The notes under the pieces are model-generated. The model did not search any database and was not told the origin of the DNA. It worked only from the letters and a program-made list of their open reading frames with translations. The translations under genes and the position numbers were made by a program. 64,000 nucleotides of DNA, taken from NCBI GenBank assembly GCA_963702215.1, contig OY969726.1:1443050-1507049 (forward strand), given 5' to 3'. This document shows positions 18,971 to 30,224 of this stretch, piece after piece. Source of the DNA: an uncultured Bacteroidota bacterium (GTDB lineage: Bacteria > Bacteroidota > Ignavibacteria > Palsa-1295). The first letter of the stretch is position 1, and every line of letters begins with the position of its first letter.

Positions 18971-20954
18971 ATGAAACTCCCTCGGATATGGCTTCTCGTG
19001 CTCGGCTTCGGTTCGGTTACGAGCGCGAGCGCGCAATGGAGGAATGTGGCGCCGAATTTAGTAGCCGGCACCGCGTTTGGCGGCGCCATGCAATATCGCG
19101 CGGGGATCATCTGGGCCGGGGGCAACAACCTATGGCGATCCACGGACTTGGGCGCATCGTGGAAGGCATCCGGTAGCTTTACGAATGCGATGATCAATGA
19201 TATTGCGTTCTTCGATGCCCAGAATGGGCTGATCGGAACCAATTCGAACGGCGTCTACCACACCTCCGATAGCGGTAAAACGTGGCAGCATGTTCTCGCG
19301 GCCGGAGCCATTTCGAAGGTCAGCTTCAACGGGTCGAGAACGATTCTCCATGCTCTGGATTTCTCGGGTATCTTTTACGCGAGCACGAATGGTGGGGTAA
19401 CCTGGACCTCTTCGAACGCGAGCAACGGCGAATGTCGCTCGTTCGCCACGGCGAGCGATGGAACCATCTACGTGCAAGCCGCGAACATCGTTGCGAACCC
19501 ATATTCCGGCGCAGTCCTTCGAATCGAACGACCTCGGCAAAACGTGGACGACGGCTGCCGGCACGATGGATGGGGATTGTCATACGCTCGCCGCCGATTC
19601 CTGCGACCCAAACCAACTCTATCTCGTCAATGAAGAAATTTATACTCCGAGCGACAGCCTCGCGCAAATCTTTCTTAGTACGAATGGAGGGGATTCGTGG
19701 CAAACGGTAGATTCGCACCATTCCCTGTTTTACTCCGGTGCACTGGCAACCACGGGTGATGCCATTTTTGCAGGGACCCTCGAATCGTCAACAGGAACCT
19801 ATAGATCGGTCGATCGGGGGCAAACATGGGAGAGTATCGGTGGACCAGGCACCGGCGCGGATTCTCGTAACATTGCAGCGATCAATCAAAACTACGTCCT
19901 CACGATGGATCCCTCCGGGAGCATCTGGCTTACCACCAATGGCGGCGGGGATTCCGTGGCCTACACAGGTCCATTCGTCGGCAGCGTCGCGTTCTCGGCC
20001 AAGACGCTCTTTGCTGGAGATACCTTGCGCTGCGATTCGGCAGCGTCGCCACTCTACATTTACCTCACGGGATGTCACCCTCCGATTCCCGAGCAATATC
20101 AGATAACCGGGCCCGATTCGGCAAGCTTCAGGGTAATCGATCCTTCGCCGGATTCGCTTGTTGTCGATTTTATCTCCCAAAAGCCGGGTGCCCAGAATGC
20201 CACACTTGTCGTTACGCTTGCCGATGGATCGGATAGTTCCATTGCGCTCGCGGGATTTAGCGAGCCGCCCGAACAGCTCGCCTTCAATGCCACTTCGCTC
20301 AGCTCAAAAACCGATACCATCGGAGGCGATGTTTCGATTCCGATTAAGATCGACGGACTTTCGAAGCCGGAGTCGATCGAACTTGTGCTGCACTATCCCC
20401 TTCCCGATCTTGTCTATGACGGTTCCTTCAACCGGTTCGGAGCGAAAGTGGATATTCCGGGCGAGCAATGGCCGGGCCGCTCGAAACTGCGTATTTTAAA
20501 TGATACGCCCGGGAAGGTTGCCGCTTATGCAAAATTCAATGTCTTTAGCGATACCGCCTATCATCCTGAAGTTACCTTCAACTCCGTAACAATTCCGACG
20601 GCCGCCACGCCCTGTGACTACGCGCCGCCTCCCGCCGCGACGGCCACCATCTATCCACTCGAAGCTTGCGGCGACCAGATGCTTTCGCGCTGGATCCATC
20701 TCGGCGTGCAACCCGTCCTGGATATTCGCCCGAATCCCACGAGCGGCGAAATTTTCATCACCCCATCCGATGATGCCGGCCCGGTGACGATCGAAGTATT
20801 CGATATGCTGGGCACGTTGCGGAGTTCCGAACGCCGAACGCTTTCGAAGGGAACCAATGCGGAACTTATGTTGCCGCGCGAGAGTGGAATGTATTACCTG
20901 CGTGTCCTTTCCCGCACAGGAGAAACGAACCTGCCCGTAGTGGTAAGCCGGTAG
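18971..20954 (+). CDS. Tandem paralog T9SS-sorted BNR-repeat protein (apparent +1 frameshift at ~19516)
   Basis: QWRNVAPNL start as in the upstream gene; removing one C restores AVFESNDLG (paralog KVFISKDLG). Confidence 0.82.
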
Positions 20955-21051
20955 AAATGGCTCGCGGCACAAAGCCTGCAGGTAGTGTGTTTCCCGCAAC
21001 CCATCATCTATTTTCGCCGTGCTTTAGAGCTAACGGCTAAAGAATTACTCA

Positions 21052-22395
21052 ATGTTTGAAAGTCTTTCCTCCCGGTTCGAGGAGGTTTATAAAAAAATTC
21101 GCGGGCAGGCGCGGCTCACAGAAAGCAATGTCAACGACATTATGCGGGACATTCGCCGCACGCTGCTCGATGCCGACGTCAATTACAAAGTGGCGAAGAA
21201 ATTCGTCGATGATGTGCAGGCCAAGGCCCTTGGCAGCGACGTGCTCCATTCGGTAAGTCCGGAGCAGCAGTTCATCAAGATTCTCTACGACGAGCTCGTC
21301 CTCATGATGGGCGAGACTTCGAAGGACATCACCTACGCCCCGCAGCCTCCTACCATCGTTATGGTTTGCGGACTTCAGGGCTCTGGCAAGACGACGTTCT
21401 GCGCGAAACTTGCCAATATGCTGCAAGCGAAGAATCGCAAGCCGCTTCTTGTGGCCGCGGATATTTACCGTCCCGCCGCCATCGAGCAGCTCCAGGTGCT
21501 CGGAAAGCAAGCGGAAGTTCCCGTCTTTTCTATCGAGGGCGAAAAAAATGCGGTGAAGATCGCAGAGCAGGGATTGAAATATGCGCGCGATCATGCTAAC
21601 GAAGTAGTAATCGTCGATACCGCAGGCCGGCTCACGATCGACGAAGCGATGATGCAGGAAGTGGCCGACATCAAGTCCCGTATTTCGCCCAACGAAATTC
21701 TTTTCGTCTGCGATGCGATGACGGGCCAGGATGCCGTAACCACCGCGAAAGCGTTCCATGACCGGCTGGCTTATGACGGCGTCGTTCTCACCAAACTCGA
21801 TGGCGACGCGCGTGGTGGCGCGGCGCTTTCAATTCGTTCCGTCGTAGATGAGCCTATTAAATTCGTCTCAACCGGTGAAAAGCTCGATGCCATCGAACTG
21901 TTCCACCCGGATCGCATGGCCTCGCGCATTTTGGGAATGGGCGATGTCGTTTCGCTCGTCGAGCGGGTGGAAGCACAAATTTCCGAGGAAGAAGCGAGAA
22001 AAACCGAAGAAAAACTTCGCAAAGCGGAATTCACGTTCGACGATTTTCTTACGCAGCTTGGCCACATCAAGAAAATGGGTTCCATGCGGGACTTGCTCTC
22101 GATGATTCCCGGCGTGAATTCCGCCATGATCGGCAGCGAAGCCTTCGATGATAAAGCGATGACGCGCGTGGAAGCCATCGTTCACTCGATGACGGCCGAC
22201 GAGCGCCGGTTCCCGCACATCCTGAATGCTTCCCGCCGCGCGCGCATTGCCTTAGGCAGTGGAACGAGCGTGCAGCAGGTCAATCAGCTTGTCAAGCAAT
22301 TTACCGAGATGCAGAAGATTATCAAAAAAATGTCCCGCGGCGGAGGAATGCGAAAAGAGATGAAGGATTTGATGAAGGGAAGGGTGCCGGGGTAA
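21052..22395 (+). CDS. ffh: Signal recognition particle protein
   Basis: GLQGSGKTT, DTAGR, TKLDGDARGG, M domain. Confidence 0.97.
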   Translation: MFESLSSRFEEVYKKIRGQARLTESNVNDIMRDIRRTLLDADVNYKVAKKFVDDVQAKALGSDVLHSVSPEQQFIKILYDELVLMMGETSKDITYAPQPPTIVMVCGLQGSGKTTFCAKLANMLQAKNRKPLLVAADIYRPAAIEQLQVLGKQAEVPVFSIEGEKNAVKIAEQGLKYARDHANEVVIVDTAGRLTIDEAMMQEVADIKSRISPNEILFVCDAMTGQDAVTTAKAFHDRLAYDGVVLTKLDGDARGGAALSIRSVVDEPIKFVSTGEKLDAIELFHPDRMASRILGMGDVVSLVERVEAQISEEEARKTEEKLRKAEFTFDDFLTQLGHIKKMGSMRDLLSMIPGVNSAMIGSEAFDDKAMTRVEAIVHSMTADERRFPHILNASRRARIALGSGTSVQQVNQLVKQFTEMQKIIKKMSRGGGMRKEMKDLMKGRVPG

Positions 22396-22396
22396 G

Positions 22397-22990
22397 CTAC
22401 GCTGAGTCTATGAGTGGAAGTAAATCGAGATACATGGAGCGATACTCGCCCCCTTGAGATGGTTCTTCTTTTGAGTTCACGTAGCGGAAATCGAATTGCG
22501 ACGCATAATACGGGCCGCTGTCATAGATCTCGCCGTGCGAGTTGAATTCATAATAGGCATCGACCGTGATAAACCTCACTCCCAATCGAGGCACAATCTC
22601 ACGGATAATATAATCTATGACCCACGTGAGAAGGGCCTTTCCCGCCCCTTGGGCACGGTCATGACGCGCCAGAACTATAAGTTTTACCGCTGGAACGATA
22701 GCGAAATCACCATCGGGGAGTGAGATGGTTTTCCCACGTTCCGTGGACTCGAAACGAAATTGATCCGCCTGAATCGTCAGATACGCGGCGATGCTGCGCT
22801 CGGAAACCAATGCCCACCCGGTACACAGGTGGCTCTTTAATTCATTCCCAATCCTACCCAAACGCGAGCGAAAGCCTGCATGGGAGCATTGGAACTTCTT
22901 GCTCCATTTCGTATGCGCCGTTGCCAAAGGAACAGGAACCTCGCTTGCGAAATCGACCCCATCAAATGGATTTTTTCGACGGGACACCAT
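22397..22990 (-). CDS. GNAT acetyltransferase, AtaT/TacT-like toxin
   Basis: VPAVKLIVLARH...GAGKALL...GVRFITVDA. Confidence 0.75.
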   Translation of the reverse strand: MVSRRKNPFDGVDFASEVPVPLATAHTKWSKKFQCSHAGFRSRLGRIGNELKSHLCTGWALVSERSIAAYLTIQADQFRFESTERGKTISLPDGDFAIVPAVKLIVLARHDRAQGAGKALLTWVIDYIIREIVPRLGVRFITVDAYYEFNSHGEIYDSGPYYASQFDFRYVNSKEEPSQGGEYRSMYLDLLPLIDSA

Positions 22991-23162
22991 TACCGTGTTT
23001 TGGCTGTGCTTTTGCTCTAAATTTACGCAACTTTCGCAGCCTTGCGACTAATTCCTTATGCGCAGGCCCGGTAATACCGGTCCCTTCCTTGAGCGCTTTG
23101 GCAATCTTGCGCGCTTCCGATCCTACGGCAGGCTGGGTTATTGTTGTTCCGGAGAATGCCAC
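22962..23162 (-). CDS. Putative antitoxin of the GNAT toxin
   Basis: 66-aa basic protein overlapping the toxin start. Confidence 0.6.
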   Translation of the reverse strand: MAFSGTTITQPAVGSEARKIAKALKEGTGITGPAHKELVARLRKLRKFRAKAQPKHGNGVPSKKSI

Positions 23163-23216
23163 AAATTAACAACTCCGATATCCTGGTAATAGTTTGCCGT
23201 TTCCTTCCACGGACGC

Positions 23217-25292
23217 TCATGGCTGGTTCCCCGTATTAACTGGCTTATACAGCACAATATTAACGGTCCGCGAATAGAACCTGCCTTCCGGGTAATTATT
23301 ATCGAAGAGCAGCACGGATTTCCCGAGGCCCTTGGCCTGTGAATTCGGTGCTCCGAGCATGGCGGCCACGGCATTGGCGCGGTCTTCCGTGAGGTGCTGG
23401 TTCAGTGTGTCCACACCGGTTCGGTCGGCATAGCCGGTAATGTAAGCCATCGTCCCCGGTGTGATCTGCTGCCGGATGTACGCGATGGCGCGCGCGTTCG
23501 TCGGATCGATCCTGGACGATCCGAAATCGAAGAGAACGAGCGTGTACCGCTCGATGACGGTATCCGCGATTCGTTCCTCGCGCTTTTTCTTGATGGTCAC
23601 CTGGCGGACGGGAATGGTTCCAGCCGCTTCCAGTTCCTGACCGTCCGAATCGTCGATAATAAGCCCGTATTCGATGGAATCTTCCGTGCGTGGAATTTTG
23701 GCACTCGACGATCGTAAATCCCACGTCCAGGTAGTCGGCTGTCCTGAACCATAATCATGATAGAGCGTCAGCACATTCGTGGTCACATACATATCCCATC
23801 GCTGAATACCCGCCTGCGCACGGACGCTCGGGATGAATTGCATCATGGGCGGATCGCTGATGAGCGTCGTGTCTTGCAGGAAGACGGGGGCGAGGATCGC
23901 GGGATCTGCGGAACTAATTTCCACGCGGCGATTCTCCTGCCTGCCGTCGGGTTCCGTAAGCGAGGAAGGTTTTTGCGGCAGCCCGCGCGCCGCGAGCGTA
24001 ATGCGCCGCGGCGAAATCCCCCACACCTTTTCGAGATAGACGCCGACGGCATCGGCCCTCGAGATCGCAAGATTTTGGTTAGCCAATTCCTGCGGTTCGT
24101 TCGAGGTGCAGCCCGTGAGCGTCAGGTGCGCGGCCGGCTGGCTCCGCATCCGCTGACCGATAATGTTCAGGACGTTGTGATAGACGACCACATTATTCGT
24201 CGAGTCTGTATATCGTTCCTGGAAGGCGGCGGTATCGTAAGCGGTTAGGTCGTGATAGCGTGCCGGAATCTCCGCGCTATCCAAGCCAAAGAACACGAAC
24301 GGCAGAATCGGAGTCTGCGTCGTTGAATAATACTCCTCGACCGAAACGGCGAGGTTCGTCGAATCTTTGATCCCGTTGATGACGCTATAGGCTTTCAGGC
24401 TCGCCGCCAACTCCGGCTTGTGCGGTGGTGGAGGCGGTGGTGGTGGAGGAGGCGGCGGCGGCGGCGGAACGATCATTGGCGTGTAGCCAATGCTCGCGCC
24501 ACCCTGAATGGGGCTGACACTCCAGGTGAGTCCCGAAACCATCGGCGTAAGGCCATAATCGAACGAGATCTCGGGAATTAAATGAAATGTGCCGGAGGAA
24601 TTAAGCGGAAGCCAGTAGGAAACGCCGGCTACTGCGCCAACTCGCAAACTTGCGGCTTCGGGAATCGTTCCGGAATAGACATTCCTCGTGCGCGTGCCTT
24701 CCGGCGAAAATACGCCTTCGTCCGCAGGCTGCACAATCGCTTCGGATTGATTATACGTACTCTTCATCATCATTCCGGCAGTCGCGCCGAGCGTGAGACG
24801 AAACGCGCCCACGTCCATCGAGTAATACGGTTCGAGCGCCAGCGTGGTAAATTGGGATTCGATCGTATGCTCGATTGTTCCCTGAACGGCCTGTCCATTA
24901 ATGGCAAGGGTCTGCGGTTCATCGGCTTTGAGTTTACCATCGAGCAAATTGATTCCGACACGCACGCCGAGGTGCCCATCGCCAAAGGCATCGTACTCGT
25001 AAAAGAAGCCGAACGAACCGCCAAAGCCGCCTCCGTTTTCGAAGAGCGGGCAGCAATTCGGAATACCGGGCAGCGTTTGAAAATTCGCACGATGAATGTT
25101 CCATGCTCCATCCGCGAAGGCGCCAAACGTGTTCTTCGAAAGTTGTGGCGTGTTCATGCTGCCGTTGTCGATCAGGCTCCGATCGACAACGTGTTGCGAG
25201 ACGACCTGTGCAAATGTAGTGCAGGGCCAGAGAACCAAAGCGACGATAGCCGCTGTGCGGGCAGTAGAAACGATATTCCGGGCGATCATCAA
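23217..25292 (-). CDS. OmpA-family protein: beta-barrel, poly-Pro linker, two OmpA-like domains
   Basis: Long poly-Pro run; LAISRADAV...ENRRVEI and LTEDRANAV...YSRTVNI. Confidence 0.87.
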   Translation of the reverse strand: MMIARNIVSTARTAAIVALVLWPCTTFAQVVSQHVVDRSLIDNGSMNTPQLSKNTFGAFADGAWNIHRANFQTLPGIPNCCPLFENGGGFGGSFGFFYEYDAFGDGHLGVRVGINLLDGKLKADEPQTLAINGQAVQGTIEHTIESQFTTLALEPYYSMDVGAFRLTLGATAGMMMKSTYNQSEAIVQPADEGVFSPEGTRTRNVYSGTIPEAASLRVGAVAGVSYWLPLNSSGTFHLIPEISFDYGLTPMVSGLTWSVSPIQGGASIGYTPMIVPPPPPPPPPPPPPPPHKPELAASLKAYSVINGIKDSTNLAVSVEEYYSTTQTPILPFVFFGLDSAEIPARYHDLTAYDTAAFQERYTDSTNNVVVYHNVLNIIGQRMRSQPAAHLTLTGCTSNEPQELANQNLAISRADAVGVYLEKVWGISPRRITLAARGLPQKPSSLTEPDGRQENRRVEISSADPAILAPVFLQDTTLISDPPMMQFIPSVRAQAGIQRWDMYVTTNVLTLYHDYGSGQPTTWTWDLRSSSAKIPRTEDSIEYGLIIDDSDGQELEAAGTIPVRQVTIKKKREERIADTVIERYTLVLFDFGSSRIDPTNARAIAYIRQQITPGTMAYITGYADRTGVDTLNQHLTEDRANAVAAMLGAPNSQAKGLGKSVLLFDNNYPEGRFYSRTVNIVLYKPVNTGNQP

Positions 25293-25296
25293 AGGG

Positions 25297-28200
25297 TTAC
25301 CGAGCGATCTGCAGGTTCTGAGATTTTACGATGGTGGGCGTGCGTAGCGTATAAATGTAACGCCCCGCCGGAAGCGAACTAATATCGGCAATCGCGCTGT
25401 AGCCGCCCGGTTCCTCATCGCCATTCACAAGTTGCATGACTTCATGGCCGAGCACATCGTAGATCGTAAGGGTGGTTTGCCCGTGCTCGATAAGGTGGTA
25501 GTCGATTTCGATGCTGCTATAGGCCGGGTTGGGAACCGCTTCGGTGAGCGAGACTTGTCCATTCGGGTCGATAAGCCGTGCGCCGCCTTGCTCGCAAAGG
25601 CTATCAAGGCAGAAGTTCCCATCCTGCGTCGCGACGGAAATGCCGGGTGTGCTCCACGCAAAGGAGTCGATCGTGACGGTGGTACAGCTATCGATTCCTA
25701 GCGCCGCGATAAAATCCAGAATATCGATGCTGCCCTGCGTCACCGCAGTCGAGCCAGTATATTCGACGACGAGATCGTTGCCCTGTGCCACCTCTGAAAC
25801 AAACGATCCCAGCGGAACTAAAAGTGTTTTATCGAACCGGAGCTTCGTCGTGAAGGTGCGGTTCATACCCGGCGTCAAATTTTGCGACGAGAGAATGCTG
25901 AGTGGAATCGTGACGTGATCCGATTCCTTGGCAATCACCATCGCCGGAACTGCGACCACCGTCGATCCGCCGTTCGTGAACGGATCCGAGATGCTCGAAC
26001 ATCCGCTCGAATCCGTTATCATCACGGTATAACTTCCTCCGGTTTGGGGCGTGAAGGTTTGGCCCGTTGCGCCGGCAATGAGCGTATCGTTTAGGAACCA
26101 TTGATAGGTATGGGCTGGCGTCGAACTGAGAATATTATTCGCCGAAGTGATGACCGGTTTCGGCGGCACGGGATCGATATTGACTGCGACCGGTGCAGAA
26201 GTTCCCGAACATCCGGCGGAATTTGTTACTTGTACGGTGTAGCTTCCAGACGTTGTGATGGAAGCGGTCTCCGCAGTCATTCCGGGAATCGCGGTTCCAT
26301 TATTTAGCCATTGATAGGTTGCGAACCCGCCTCCCGCATCGAGCTTCGCAGAATCCGGCGCGCAGAGCGCAATCGGTCCAGCCGGAACGATTGTGGGCTG
26401 CGCGGGCGAGAACACAATCGTGTCCGGATCCGAAGTGGCCGCGCAGCCGATTCCATCCTGCACCGTGACGGTAAAGATTCCAGCTTTTCGAACGGTGATT
26501 TGGCGCGTGGTATCGCCGGTGGACCACTCATATCCGCCAAAGTTTCCACCGGCATCGAGCGTGGCAAAATCGGTGTCGCTGCAAAGCACGTTTTTCGAGG
26601 CCGTGATGACCGGCTTCACGCCTTTAGAGAACGAAAGTTGTAGAACGGTCGAAAGATTTCCGGCGCAATCCATCGCGCGAATCGTCGCTTGCGCGCACTG
26701 CGTAGTATCGGTAACTTTAACGACCAAATCGAAGGTGGGCGCGCATCCAATTGGATTCGGAATCGGCGAAGGCGTGATTGTCACATTCGAAGCCGCTACG
26801 ACCCAGACGGAATCCAAGCCGCGATCCCATTCCTGGGAATCCGTCCCATGAACATTCCACGAGGCCGTTGCAGGGTCCATCGCGGAATGCGTGAGAAGCG
26901 GTGGCGTGGTATCCGGTGTGGTGCAATACGTGATCGTGTCGAAGGAAAAATTGTGCGTGGAATCGTTCGCGCGAAGAATAATAGATCCATCGTGCATGGA
27001 ATCGGTCACGCAGGCATGAAGCGTGACCGTTTGGGTTCCGGCTGGGAACGTTCCTCCCGCGGGGATGCCGGATGGCGTCATATTGGTACTGGAAAACACC
27101 TGAATGGAATCGACGCCTCGATCGATACTGGTATCACTGATATTCGTGTCCGTCACCGTCAGCACCCTGCATTGCGAATGGCAGTCGATAGGGCTAGCGA
27201 GCCAGAACTTTGGCGCGGTCCGGTCCGGCAGCGGCGGATGCGCCGTAAAGCAAATCGTATCGTGGCTGATATTACCGGCGCAGTCGATAAGCGTAAAAAT
27301 AATCTGCCCGCTTTGGAACGTATCGACTTGCTGCACCAAAATCGTTACCGGAGTCTTGATGCAGGGATATGGCGGCGCGGGAGCGAGCGTCACGCGATAA
27401 GCGGAAGCGGGTAAATCGGGCGAAGCATAGCCAATGCTATCCAATCCAAGATCGTAGAAATAATTATCCTGGACGGTCACTGTGTCGCGCTGAATCGAAT
27501 CGCAGCCCAGGAACGAATTCTTATATCGTGGCGCAACCGTATCGGGATTCGGGCATTCCACGTCGATGGCGCACTCCCAGGGCTGAAAAAAGATGGGAGT
27601 ATCGATCGCACCGGCGCTGACATTGAATTGAATATCCACCGGGAATGATTTCGCGCATCCGCCCGGCAGCACTACCGCGGAATCGGTCCAGTGAAAATCG
27701 TAAAAGCTGCCTGGAGCAATACCCGAAATGCTCGTTACCTCGGTTGTATCTTTGGAAAGGCCGGAAGGTTTGGGGTTGGTGATGCGAATCGGATCCCCGA
27801 TGGTTTGGCGAATCGTGGTGTGGCTCGAGCCATTATCGCCAAGCGTGAAAAGGAATGCATCGACTGGGAACGGATTGGGCGAATACGTTCGCGATTGCGG
27901 ATCCCAGTAAAGATGATGGGGATAGAGCGCGAAGCCGAACATATTCCCATGATCGTAACACCATTCCGGCGTGCCGTAGGCGAAGCGCATAAGTTCCGTG
28001 ACACTGTCACCATTTTGCGGCGGTTCAGCGATTTCGCCCCCAGGGCCCATCATCAGAGTTGCGCAATCGGTATAGGTGTTTCGGGAAAGGCCCGCAGCGC
28101 CCCAGGTAGAATAGACCTGCGCGGTCGTCCAATCTCCGAATTCCACGAAGGAGGGCGGAATCAGGCCGAGCGGCCGTGGCGGGAACGAATCATTCATATA

Positions 28201-28884
28201 GGCAATGCCGACCACACCCAGATTCGCCTCCGTCGGCGGATGCTCGAATGCAAGATAAAAGCTTGGGATCGGCGCCGGCGGCATATCCTGCCAATCTCGA
28301 ATAAAGCCATAGCGCGTGAGAAGCCAGGGATTGTCGTTCGCCGAATCCTTGTCGCTGTTCATGTTGTCCAGCAGGAACTGCGCCTGCGCCGGCAGTGGAG
28401 TGCCCGAATGATTGACGATCTTTATACTGACGACGATTACCCCGCTGCTTGTGAAGGCAACAGGATAAACATCCTGCTCGATATCGAAGCCTTGCTCCTT
28501 CCATGTGGTTCGAATAGTATCCCTCACTTTTCCCGTCCCGCCGTTCAGGAGCAGCACATCGGGCGGATACTGGTTCGAGCCGATATAGTCCGCGTTGGTA
28601 TTGTTGCTATAATACAGCCCATTGACTTTGAGGGTCAGGTAAGATTTCTCGATATAGGTCAGCAACTCCCTGTTCAAGGGATCGCCATTGTAAATAGTTA
28701 CCAATCCGTCCCCATCGGTCACCGAGGCGCCGACGAACGCATTTTTGGTGGTGACCTGCGCACCGGCGCGCGAAACCAAAAGTCCGGAACCGAGAAGAAA
28801 AATGCCAAACGCAGCCAGGAATACGGCGAGGAACGCGCCCCGAAATAGGCGGTCGAGGGTCCTCAGCGAAACGGAGAAATGCAA
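25297..28884 (-). CDS. Large T9SS-sorted protein with Ig-like repeats
   Basis: YQWLNNG/YTVQVT Ig repeats and CTD (VPNP...IYDVLG...GRYIYTL); start uncertain (TTG ~28884). Confidence 0.82.
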   Translation of the reverse strand: MHFSVSLRTLDRLFRGAFLAVFLAAFGIFLLGSGLLVSRAGAQVTTKNAFVGASVTDGDGLVTIYNGDPLNRELLTYIEKSYLTLKVNGLYYSNNTNADYIGSNQYPPDVLLLNGGTGKVRDTIRTTWKEQGFDIEQDVYPVAFTSSGVIVVSIKIVNHSGTPLPAQAQFLLDNMNSDKDSANDNPWLLTRYGFIRDWQDMPPAPIPSFYLAFEHPPTEANLGVVGIAYMNDSFPPRPLGLIPPSFVEFGDWTTAQVYSTWGAAGLSRNTYTDCATLMMGPGGEIAEPPQNGDSVTELMRFAYGTPEWCYDHGNMFGFALYPHHLYWDPQSRTYSPNPFPVDAFLFTLGDNGSSHTTIRQTIGDPIRITNPKPSGLSKDTTEVTSISGIAPGSFYDFHWTDSAVVLPGGCAKSFPVDIQFNVSAGAIDTPIFFQPWECAIDVECPNPDTVAPRYKNSFLGCDSIQRDTVTVQDNYFYDLGLDSIGYASPDLPASAYRVTLAPAPPYPCIKTPVTILVQQVDTFQSGQIIFTLIDCAGNISHDTICFTAHPPLPDRTAPKFWLASPIDCHSQCRVLTVTDTNISDTSIDRGVDSIQVFSSTNMTPSGIPAGGTFPAGTQTVTLHACVTDSMHDGSIILRANDSTHNFSFDTITYCTTPDTTPPLLTHSAMDPATASWNVHGTDSQEWDRGLDSVWVVAASNVTITPSPIPNPIGCAPTFDLVVKVTDTTQCAQATIRAMDCAGNLSTVLQLSFSKGVKPVITASKNVLCSDTDFATLDAGGNFGGYEWSTGDTTRQITVRKAGIFTVTVQDGIGCAATSDPDTIVFSPAQPTIVPAGPIALCAPDSAKLDAGGGFATYQWLNNGTAIPGMTAETASITTSGSYTVQVTNSAGCSGTSAPVAVNIDPVPPKPVITSANNILSSTPAHTYQWFLNDTLIAGATGQTFTPQTGGSYTVMITDSSGCSSISDPFTNGGSTVVAVPAMVIAKESDHVTIPLSILSSQNLTPGMNRTFTTKLRFDKTLLVPLGSFVSEVAQGNDLVVEYTGSTAVTQGSIDILDFIAALGIDSCTTVTIDSFAWSTPGISVATQDGNFCLDSLCEQGGARLIDPNGQVSLTEAVPNPAYSSIEIDYHLIEHGQTTLTIYDVLGHEVMQLVNGDEEPGGYSAIADISSLPAGRYIYTLRTPTIVKSQNLQIAR

Positions 28885-29040
28885 GCAGCGATTTGGTCGC
28901 ACGAGAATAGCAATTAAGGAAATGAATTCGGCTCGCCCATCCGAGAAGCACGGGCATCCCACCGAATGAACAATCCCTAATGCCAAAACAGGCCCGTATA
29001 ATTCCGGGCTGGCTGCCGGAAGGCAATCCAATTGGCCGAT

Positions 29041-29366
29041 TCAGACAATTTCCGCCGGGCCGGGCCGCCCGTTCGCGAACATCGTTCTGAACTGGGATGG
29101 GTGGGATTCGGGGAATGTTTGGGATGATTCTGCGCCATCCCAATAATTCCATGCATCCCAATAATCCCTCCTCAGCTTGACTGGGGATCAGACCTTTTCC
29201 GCCGCGCCGGGCAGCCCGCCCGCGAACACGGATGGGAACCATAACGATTTTTGCTCCCCTCCCGCGTGCGGGAGAGCCTGGCCACGACCGGAGCGGGGAG
29301 GCCGGGGGAGGGTGTGGGAATTAAATACCGTTACCCACCCGCCGCGCCGGGCGGCCCGACCGCGAA
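29041..29366 (-). repeat. Three degenerate 28-41 bp direct repeats (29041-29081, 29188-29228, 29339-29366) separated by palindromic repeat elements
   Basis: Consensus CCGCCGSGCCGGGCNGCCCGNYCGCGAA; on the minus strand each reads FAxGxPGxA and ends in a stop codon. Confidence 0.8.
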
Positions 29367-29410
29367 GGGGAACCCGGCTCGGCCCGCCCATTGGCCACAA
29401 TGCACGATTG

Positions 29411-30169
29411 TCAATTGGGCTTGATAGGCATACCAGTGGGGTTCTCCTTTATTATCATGCGAGCGTAAATCGCTGAATAACCCATGAATAGACCGGCCGG
29501 AGCGTGATGCCCAGGCAGGTCCAAACCGGACGACACAACTGCGAGTATCCGGCGCTCACCATTTTGGTTGCAAGCGAAGATTGGACCGCCGGAGCATCCG
29601 TTCGTAGCGTTTCCATCGAACCAATAGAGGAGCGGAACCTTCCGCCAATCCGCAATGTAGGCATGCTCAAGTATAGGAAAAGTGTGCTCCAACTTTGTCG
29701 CCTCAAGCGCGAGCGGAAATCCAAGTAGCCACGCGTCTCTTCCAAGTAGGTCGAATCCGTCCGTGGTGTCTGCGAGCGGAGTTGTTGAAAAGGGCAGAGC
29801 GGGGTATGAAGTTGCTGACGAGGGGGTGAACACGGCGATGTCCACTTTTGCCTTGCCGCGCCCGATTACCCGAATCGGCCACCTACACCACTTGTCGTTT
29901 TCCAGAATGTCGATAGTGTCGTCGTCTGCCACATTCGAGAGGACATGCCGAGCGGTTATGTAATAGATCCGTCCACCAATTACAGTCGAGAAGGCTGTAG
30001 CTTCGTGGCCTGTTCTGTCGGCAATTAGGTCGACCACATGGAAGTCGCCTTCCGAAGGTAGCGAAGGCGATCCCCTCTGTGGAGTGTAGCATCCTACTGA
30101 CTGACAGGCCGAAGTGACACAGAGGAGGAGCAATTTTCCGATGCGCGAACGATTCTTCGAACTACCCAT
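29411..30169 (-). CDS. Trypsin-like serine protease (exported)
   Basis: ITARHVL (His), VDIAVF (Asp), GCSGGPIF (Ser). Confidence 0.8.
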   Translation of the reverse strand: MGSSKNRSRIGKLLLLCVTSACQSVGCYTPQRGSPSLPSEGDFHVVDLIADRTGHEATAFSTVIGGRIYYITARHVLSNVADDDTIDILENDKWCRWPIRVIGRGKAKVDIAVFTPSSATSYPALPFSTTPLADTTDGFDLLGRDAWLLGFPLALEATKLEHTFPILEHAYIADWRKVPLLYWFDGNATNGCSGGPIFACNQNGERRILAVVSSGLDLPGHHAPAGLFMGYSAIYARMIIKENPTGMPIKPN

Positions 30170-30224
30170 TTTCAACTTATCGCTTCCGGCGTTATTCTCT
30201 TGCGTAAAATTGCGAAAGGATTTT

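Noticed and set aside
23163-23216. Displaced copy of the ffh 3' end
   Set aside because: Only CCTGGTAA versus CCGGGGTAA; too weak to call
29041-29366. CRISPR array
   Set aside because: Only three degenerate repeats, spacers over 100 bp that are themselves palindromic repeats, and no cas genes
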